NCBI RefSeq assembly: GCF_000092105.1
Contig: NC_014148.1
Location: forward strand, 2,250,001-2,282,000
DNA from: Planctopirus limnophila DSM 3776
GTDB taxonomy: Bacteria; Planctomycetota; Planctomycetia; Planctomycetales; Planctomycetaceae
DNA length: 32,000 nucleotides
Reading direction: 5' to 3'
This document shows positions 26,945 through 32,000 of the stretch, piece by piece. A model generated the notes under the pieces. It did no database searches and had not been told where the DNA came from. It worked only from the letters and a program-made list of their open reading frames with translations. The position numbers and the translations under genes are program-made. Each line of letters begins with the position of its first letter. Within the stretch, counting starts at the first letter, position 1.

Positions 26945-26962
26945 GCAGGCATGTGCCGGGTA

Positions 26963-27253
26963 TTACTTGCTGATGGGCTTTGGCAGAATGGCAGCCAGTT
27001 CTTCGTGTGGGCGTGGAATCACTTGAACACTGAGAACTTCGCCAATTTTGCTCGATGCGGCAGCGCCGGCATCGACAGCAGCTTTCACAGCAGCGACATC
27101 GCCGACCACGAAAGCCGTAACAATACCACTGCCGACCTTTTCCCATCCGACAAGCCGGACGTTGGCCGACTTGAGCATGGCGTCGATCCCTTCGATCATC
27201 GTAACGAGACCCTTGGTTTCGAGCATGCCGAGCGCTTCGATCGATCCAGCCAT
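26963..27253 (-). CDS. BMC-H (Pfam00936) hexameric shell protein
   Basis: 96-aa [66 protein letters not shown], a textbook PduA/EutM-like BMC domain. Confidence 0.9.
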   Translation of the reverse strand: MAGSIEALGMLETKGLVTMIEGIDAMLKSANVRLVGWEKVGSGIVTAFVVGDVAAVKAAVDAGAAASSKIGEVLSVQVIPRPHEELAAILPKPISK

Positions 27254-27300
27254 GAAAACTTCCTCTCAAGAAATGGAACTGCGAGAACCTATGAAACCTG

Positions 27301-27325
27301 CCAGCCGGAAAACACTCCCGGCTGG
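27301..27325 (-). promoter_or_regulatory. Intercistronic stem-loop 5' of the shell-gene pair
   Basis: 8-bp stem ccagccgg/ccggctgg with a 9-nt loop, located in the 87-nt spacer between the pduL stop (27341) and the first BMC-H start (27253). Confidence 0.55.
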
Positions 27326-27340
27326 ATGTATTCCTTCACA

Positions 27341-28093
27341 TTATTTTGAATGGCAACCACAACCGACTGGCTTAACTAGCTCCACCTTCGTGGCATGCGA
27401 GAGATCAACTGCGTTGCCTTCATCCGTATCAATATGAACTTCCAGTTTGACGTCTTTATCTTCACGAACCGTGACATGTTCGAGAGTGGTGGTGCAGGGG
27501 CCGGAATGGATTTTGAGATCCATTTCATCGCCATTTTTCACGCCGTAGTAAGCACAGTCAGCCGGGCTCATGTGGACATGGCGCATAGCGCGAATGACAC
27601 CCGACTTGAGTTCCACCACGCCTGCGGGGCCAACCAGAACGCAACCGACCGTGTCATGGTGATCCCCACTGATCCGCACCGGGAGATCAATCCCGAGCGA
27701 AATACCATCGGTGAAAGCCAGTTCGACCTGCGAAGCATTGCGACACGGGCCTAGCACACGAACATCAGGAATCATCCGGCGACGAGGGCCAAAGATGGTG
27801 ACGGTCTGCTTGGCGGCGTAGTAGCCATCCTGATAAAGCCACTTCATAGGCTCGAGTTTGACACCTTTGCCAAACAGAACTTCAACATGTTCTTCTGTGA
27901 GATGCACATGCCGGGCAGAGATATTGACGACGAGGGGGTTAGGAGGCCCGCCAGCCGAAGAGACGGAACCCGAGGAGGTGGTCGCTCCCGCCAATTGCCT
28001 AGTGAGTACGGCTCGAACCACTCGCTCGACGTCAGCACGAGAGATATTGCCTGCAACCACAGAATCAGACGACATACGCGAACTCTTTCTCAC
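27341..28093 (-). CDS. pduL: PduL-type phosphotransacylase with N-terminal encapsulation peptide
   Basis: 250-aa ORF with the duplicated PduL motifs [19 protein letters not shown] and [23 protein letters not shown]. The N-terminal helix [18 protein letters not shown] is followed by a Ser/Gly linker. Confidence 0.9.
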   Translation of the reverse strand: MRKSSRMSSDSVVAGNISRADVERVVRAVLTRQLAGATTSSGSVSSAGGPPNPLVVNISARHVHLTEEHVEVLFGKGVKLEPMKWLYQDGYYAAKQTVTIFGPRRRMIPDVRVLGPCRNASQVELAFTDGISLGIDLPVRISGDHHDTVGCVLVGPAGVVELKSGVIRAMRHVHMSPADCAYYGVKNGDEMDLKIHSGPCTTTLEHVTVREDKDVKLEVHIDTDEGNAVDLSHATKVELVKPVGCGCHSK

Positions 28094-28121
28094 TCCAGCG
28101 TTTGATTATCACGGGTTTGAA

Positions 28122-28871
28122 TCACGCAATTCGCAGTTCAATTCCCAAGTCTTCAATCCGCTTTCGCCAATCTTCGGGAATCCCTTCGTCTGTCACAATT
28201 TCATGAACACGGTCGAGTGGACAAAGTGGGGAGAGGGCTGCTTTTCCAAACTTCCGACTATCAACCGCCAGCACCACTCGTTCAGCGGCATCAATCATCC
28301 GCCGCTCGGCCTCAACGAGGAGGGTGTTGCTGTTGAACAAGCCTTTCTCCGTCACGCCACCGACACTGAAAACCATGCGAGGGACCTGCAATTGCGATAA
28401 CGCCAAATTCAGGAGCGGGCCTAAAGTCACACCTGTTTTGGGATGCAGATACCCTCCTAAAAAAATCAATTCCACACCCGGGCTGTTCACCAGCAAATTG
28501 GCAATCGCCAGGGAATTGGTCACAACTTGCAGTTCTTTGCCAATCAAGGCACGAGCCACCTCAAGCGTTGTCGTTCCCCCATCGAGCAGGACTGTTTCAC
28601 CACTTCCTATCGTTTCCGAGATCGAACGAGCAATTCTCTGCTTCTCGACCAGAGAGGTCACACTTCGCTCTTCCAGAGAAACAACCGATTCACCGACATA
28701 GGCAGCCCCGCCTCGTGTGCGGCGAACCTGCCGAATTCCGTCAAGATATTCCAAATCCCGCCTCAGTGTTGACTCGCTGACCCCGGTTTTGGTCGCAAGC
28801 TCATGAAGCGATATAAAGCCTTTTTCTTCAATGAGTTCGAGCACATGTCGACGGCGTTGATCCAAAAGCAT
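28122..28871 (-). CDS. DeoR-family transcriptional regulator (HTH + sugar-phosphate-binding DeoRC domain)
   Basis: 249-aa ORF. The N-terminal HTH is RRRHVLELIEEKGFISLHELATKTGVSESTLRRDLEYL. The C-terminal DeoRC region has LDGGTTTLEVA and VVTNSL. It lies 28 nt upstream of pduL on the same strand. Confidence 0.9.
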   Translation of the reverse strand: MLLDQRRRHVLELIEEKGFISLHELATKTGVSESTLRRDLEYLDGIRQVRRTRGGAAYVGESVVSLEERSVTSLVEKQRIARSISETIGSGETVLLDGGTTTLEVARALIGKELQVVTNSLAIANLLVNSPGVELIFLGGYLHPKTGVTLGPLLNLALSQLQVPRMVFSVGGVTEKGLFNSNTLLVEAERRMIDAAERVVLAVDSRKFGKAALSPLCPLDRVHEIVTDEGIPEDWRKRIEDLGIELRIA

Positions 28872-28990
28872 GGTTCAAATCATCCCTCGCCACACCTACC
28901 CAGACATCCTGACCGTTAAACTGCTCGGTCTAGGATGTCATAAGAATAGGTCGAACTTCTATCGCACTCAAGCAGGAACATATCACAAAG

Positions 28991-29015
28991 TGCAATTATT
29001 TTCCAAATTATTGCA
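28991..29015. promoter_or_regulatory. A/T-rich imperfect palindrome upstream of deoR (candidate operator/promoter element)
   Basis: TGCAATTATTT-TCC-AAATTATTGCA, with 10 of 11 arm positions complementary. It sits about 120 nt upstream of the deoR start, in the most A/T-rich part of the 518-nt intergenic region. Confidence 0.35.
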
Positions 29016-29389
29016 AAACATGCCATCCTGTTGAAAACACCAACTCACACATTCACTGGCATCGACAAGTTGCTCCAGCAGAATGAAAAGAACTTGCGGA
29101 AGGTCTGTTCAGGCAAGGAGTGCCGATATTCCCGGAGCGACTAGGCGCTGCCAGCCAGATCATTGTTCAGAGAGTTTGGCTGACAGCAGATATGACTCAC
29201 CAACGCGAAGAGACTGACCTGAGACTCAAAGATTTCATTAGAAGAGCGGCGACTGGGAGGTAAGTCTCAGATAATACGCCTTTTTTTTGCAGCGTTGCAG
29301 CGTCTTGATGTCAGGGCCTTCAGGAAGGTGCGACCCACTTTGACAAAACGTACTAAACGGTGGAGAAAGCGATTCTGATTGGCTAACCG

Positions 29390-30034
29390 CTAAGGCAAAA
29401 TTATCGTCCGGCGGCCAACAATCTGCACGCGATGGTTTGCCACCAACTCAATAGCTTCGGGATAGGCTTCGCACTCGGCCTCAAAGACACGCTGAGCTAA
29501 GGCATCGGGCGTATCATCTGGCAGGACGGCTACAACCCGCTGGAGAATGATCGGGCCATGATCATACTCATTATCGACAAAGTGGACTGTACATCCCGAG
29601 AACTGCACGCCCCGCTGAATCGCAGCTTCGTGAACATGATGCCCATAAAACCCTTTGCCGCAAAACGCAGGGATCAAAGAGGGGTGAATGTTCAGCACTC
29701 GATTGCGGAAATCTTCTGGAACTTCAAGAAGCGAGAGAAATCCGCCACATATGACAAGATCGGCTTGACGCGACCGGCATAGCTGAAAAATTGCTTCGCT
29801 GTGGCTGCTCGTGGAAGGGAACTCTTTGCGATGGCAGACCGCGACTTCCAGTCCATGCTGTCGGGCTCTTTCGATACCACCCGCGTCAGGACGACTGCTG
29901 ATGACCAGTGGAATCTGGGCATTGAGGGAACCCACTGCGATTCGATGGCAGAGGTTTACAAGCGTTGTGCCTCCCCCGGAGATCAAGACAACCAGACGAA
30001 CAGCCTGATGACCGGCGGAATCTCCCTGTGGCAT
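29390..30034 (-). CDS. purN: Phosphoribosylglycinamide formyltransferase PurN
   Basis: 214-aa ORF with VVLISGGGTTL, NIHPSLIPAFCG and GCTVHFVDNEYDHGPII, which are formyltransferase catalytic motifs. Confidence 0.9.
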   Translation of the reverse strand: MPQGDSAGHQAVRLVVLISGGGTTLVNLCHRIAVGSLNAQIPLVISSRPDAGGIERARQHGLEVAVCHRKEFPSTSSHSEAIFQLCRSRQADLVICGGFLSLLEVPEDFRNRVLNIHPSLIPAFCGKGFYGHHVHEAAIQRGVQFSGCTVHFVDNEYDHGPIILQRVVAVLPDDTPDALAQRVFEAECEAYPEAIELVANHRVQIVGRRTIILP

Positions 30035-30148
30035 GGATCACTCAATAAGTTCAGAAATCGGGAGCAATGGGACGGATCTTCCCAACAAAGCATCCGTCAT
30101 GAAAAGGCGAGGCAATAGAAATTGCCTTTCAGATGCAAGATAACGTCC

Positions 30149-31516
30149 TCAGGATGGATCGTCGTCCTCTGGAAGCCGAGGATTTTCGGGAAAACCTAAA
30201 GCCGTATCTTGTCGACGATGCGGCATGGCCTCCTTCGATGACTCAGTAACTTCCCCTTTGCCAGCCAGACCGGATGTTGGCAAGCTCGATGGACTCGTGG
30301 TAATCGACTGCGTCATTGGGGCATGACCGTTCTTAAGCTCCAGTGAGGAAGTACTGGGGGGAATGGCAATGTTTAATAGCTGTTCGTGCGGAGTGAGTGT
30401 CTGATCGATATTCCCGGGGACTCGCAACTTCTCTGGCAAGCGGCGTTTTTCGCTTCGAAAAGTCCACAGACCTAACATGATCCAGACGGCAACCAGGCCA
30501 GCAATCCCATAGGCCCAGACAGGAATGATCAGGGCTGTTTTCTGAATTGGTGGAATCCATTCTATCTCTCCAGCCAGCAGCATCGGAGCTTTCCGCGGTT
30601 GGTCTTGGGCTTCATAGCCATACATTTTGAAAAAGTATCCAGCAACGACAACCTCTTCGACAAGATCCCCTCCCAGAGGCATGCCTTCTGGCTTTTGTGT
30701 GAAGACGACGACGGTGGGATTGTTTTGCGAGTCCGCAGAGTAAAGCCAGCCTTCATAAACAGTTGTTAACCCCTCGTCATTCGGACCTGGATCGTATTTG
30801 ACAAGTTTTCGCAGAGTTCCCCGCAAGACAACCGGCTTTCCCCGATAGACTTCCGGGTGAAGGAACAGATCAACGAATGGCGAAAACTTCTTTTCTGTGG
30901 CCGCTTTGGAATCATGAGCAGCAATGCGGGCCTTGCGATACTCAATTGCCAGTTCCTGCAGTTGGGGAAAAGACATGAGGCTGGCAAGCTTGAGAATTCG
31001 AAAATAAGCCTCGCGATCTTCGACTTTTAACCCGAGAGTGCTGTCACGGACATCTTTCAACACTGCAGGATTAATCGAAGCGCCGCCATCCAGTGTGATA
31101 TCGAACTGACCAGCTTTTTTAGCGGGAAGATCACGAATACTTTCGACCGGGCGACCGAGACTGGGAACCGGATCTTCAAATTGGATACCGGAGGGAAGCT
31201 TGTTTTCGGGCCCTCGACGTTCAAGGGTAGGGAAATCTCGCCCCTCCATGGGCGGAAGCGGAGTGGGCAACTCCTGAGATCCGCTACGAGGTGGAGTGAC
31301 GTTTTTTCTCTGATCGGTTTGTGACGCCGCTGGACTCGAAGGAGAGGTTGAGTTCGTTGAAGCTCCACCTGAAGGTGGTAAAGAGGGAAGAGTGCGAACC
31401 GGTGGCTTCACTGGTGGGAGATCGTCAAATTCATCTGAGAACTGAGCCCATGCCAGACTGGCAGAGCAGACCCAGACTCCGATGGAAAAAATTGTCCGTC
31501 GAATTAGCCATGACAT
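30149..31516 (-). CDS. Hypothetical secreted/membrane-anchored protein (signal peptide, Pro/Ser-rich region, one distal TM helix)
   Basis: The start is placed at MSWLIRRTIFSIGVWVCSASLAWAQ (signal peptide); the track ORF extends to 31594. The N-terminal third is Pro-rich. A TM helix ALIIPVWAYGIAGLVAVWIMLGLW lies near residue 360. No recognisable family. Confidence 0.55.
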   Translation of the reverse strand: MSWLIRRTIFSIGVWVCSASLAWAQFSDEFDDLPPVKPPVRTLPSLPPSGGASTNSTSPSSPAASQTDQRKNVTPPRSGSQELPTPLPPMEGRDFPTLERRGPENKLPSGIQFEDPVPSLGRPVESIRDLPAKKAGQFDITLDGGASINPAVLKDVRDSTLGLKVEDREAYFRILKLASLMSFPQLQELAIEYRKARIAAHDSKAATEKKFSPFVDLFLHPEVYRGKPVVLRGTLRKLVKYDPGPNDEGLTTVYEGWLYSADSQNNPTVVVFTQKPEGMPLGGDLVEEVVVAGYFFKMYGYEAQDQPRKAPMLLAGEIEWIPPIQKTALIIPVWAYGIAGLVAVWIMLGLWTFRSEKRRLPEKLRVPGNIDQTLTPHEQLLNIAIPPSTSSLELKNGHAPMTQSITTSPSSLPTSGLAGKGEVTESSKEAMPHRRQDTALGFPENPRLPEDDDPS

Positions 31517-31777
31517 GATTGACCATCCTCTTTGCGGGCAGGCACTCCAGCTTGATCTGCACACCCTCCAGCAATGACTTATACCGTGTTGCACCAGTCT
31601 CTACAGTTTTACAAAAGCACGCAAACCTCCTGCTTGTTCGCAGATTGTGCCGTGGTGGAAGTGGAGTGTCGAGTCGTCTCTGGCTGAATCTCCGAAACCG
31701 AAGCCATCGATAGCAGAGAATCGAGCTGTACGAATAAAAGACTGCGGGTTGTTTCAACACCACCTCGAAAGAGAATC

Positions 31778-32000
31778 TCAAAGTGATGGACTCGCCTCAC
31801 ACCGGCAGCGTCCGGTTCCGAAGTCCGATCCACTGCGAATGCGAAAGCTCATGAATTGTTCATCGCGCCTTAGAATAGTGACATGCAAAGGCTCACCCGG
31901 CGGGTGCTTGGAAATAGCCGCGACCATTTGTCGCAATGTGGGATTTTCCACGTCATCGATCGAAAGGATGCGATCTCCGGGACGTAAGCCGACTCGCGCT
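31778..32000 (-). CDS. Partial ORF (C-terminal end) of a PDZ-domain protein, truncated by the window edge
   Basis: My own translation of the minus strand from 31999 gives ARVGLRPGDRILSIDDVENPTLRQMVAAISKHPPGEPLHVTILRRDEQF..., ending at a TGA (31778-31780). GLRPGDRILSID...V is a typical PDZ carboxylate-binding/beta strand pattern. It is absent from the supplied track because it has no in-window start. Confidence 0.5.
   Translation of the reverse strand, partial: ARVGLRPGDRILSIDDVENPTLRQMVAAISKHPPGEPLHVTILRRDEQFMSFRIRSGSDFGTGRCRCEASPSL

Noticed and set aside
29219-29303. An 8-bp inverted repeat (ctgagact at 29219-29226, agtctcag at 29263-29270) followed by a T8 run (29281-29288) and a tandem gcagcgt-t-gcagcgt. 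I considered this as a plus-strand terminator or sRNA 3' end.
   Set aside because: The loop is 36 nt and there is a 10-nt gap before the T-run, which is poor geometry for an intrinsic terminator. No plus-strand gene ends here. I leave it as unexplained intergenic sequence between purN and deoR.
1-32000. Searched by eye for CRISPR-like regularly spaced repeats, transposase or integrase ORFs, terminal inverted repeats, rRNA, and defence-system domains (nucleases, STAND/AAA ATPases, methyltransferases).
   Set aside because: None was found. The only repeats are the short intercistronic elements reported in the BMC operon.

Overview
This looks like a Planctomycetes-type chromosomal window: it has a PSCyt/DUF1549/DUF1553 + DUF1501 gene pair and a PVM-type microcompartment locus. 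I recognised no rRNA, tRNA, CRISPR array or IS element.

- **1-7.7 kb (plus strand):** WD40 protein, PolX, a small SHOCT-like membrane protein, ClpX, an FHA protein, a close homologue of the CaMKII association (hub) domain, and a hypothetical ORF.
- **7.8-18.8 kb:** DUF1501 and PSCyt/DUF1553 pair, a class-II-cytochrome-c-like protein, an A/T-rich orphan ORF, thiC, a PNP/UDP-family phosphorylase, serC and an orphan cytoplasmic histidine kinase.
- **19.1-28.9 kb (minus strand):** a tightly packed 13-gene bacterial microcompartment (BMC) operon. In transcription order: DeoR regulator, PduL phosphotransacylase, two BMC-H shell genes, acetate kinase, BMC-P, a 4-TM membrane protein, CoA-acylating aldehyde dehydrogenase, BMC-P, a 286-aa unknown protein, BMC-P, class II aldolase, LDH/MDH-family dehydrogenase.
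- **29.4-32.0 kb (minus strand):** purN, a Pro-rich membrane-anchored protein and a partial PDZ-domain ORF.

The gene content matches the Planctomycetes/Verrucomicrobia (PVM) BMC already described for fucose/rhamnose degradation, so the organelle type is probably not new. The parts I cannot explain from known families are:
- a 286-aa ORF with an encapsulation-peptide-like N-terminus;
- a 4-TM membrane protein translationally coupled to a vertex gene;
- a basic N-terminal extension on one BMC-H;
- several intercistronic RNA elements: a duplicated 25-nt hairpin flanking one BMC-P gene, a 4x heptamer repeat in the aldolase leader, and hairpins bracketing the shell-gene pair.

All calls come from reading the ORF translations and sequence by eye. 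No searches were run.
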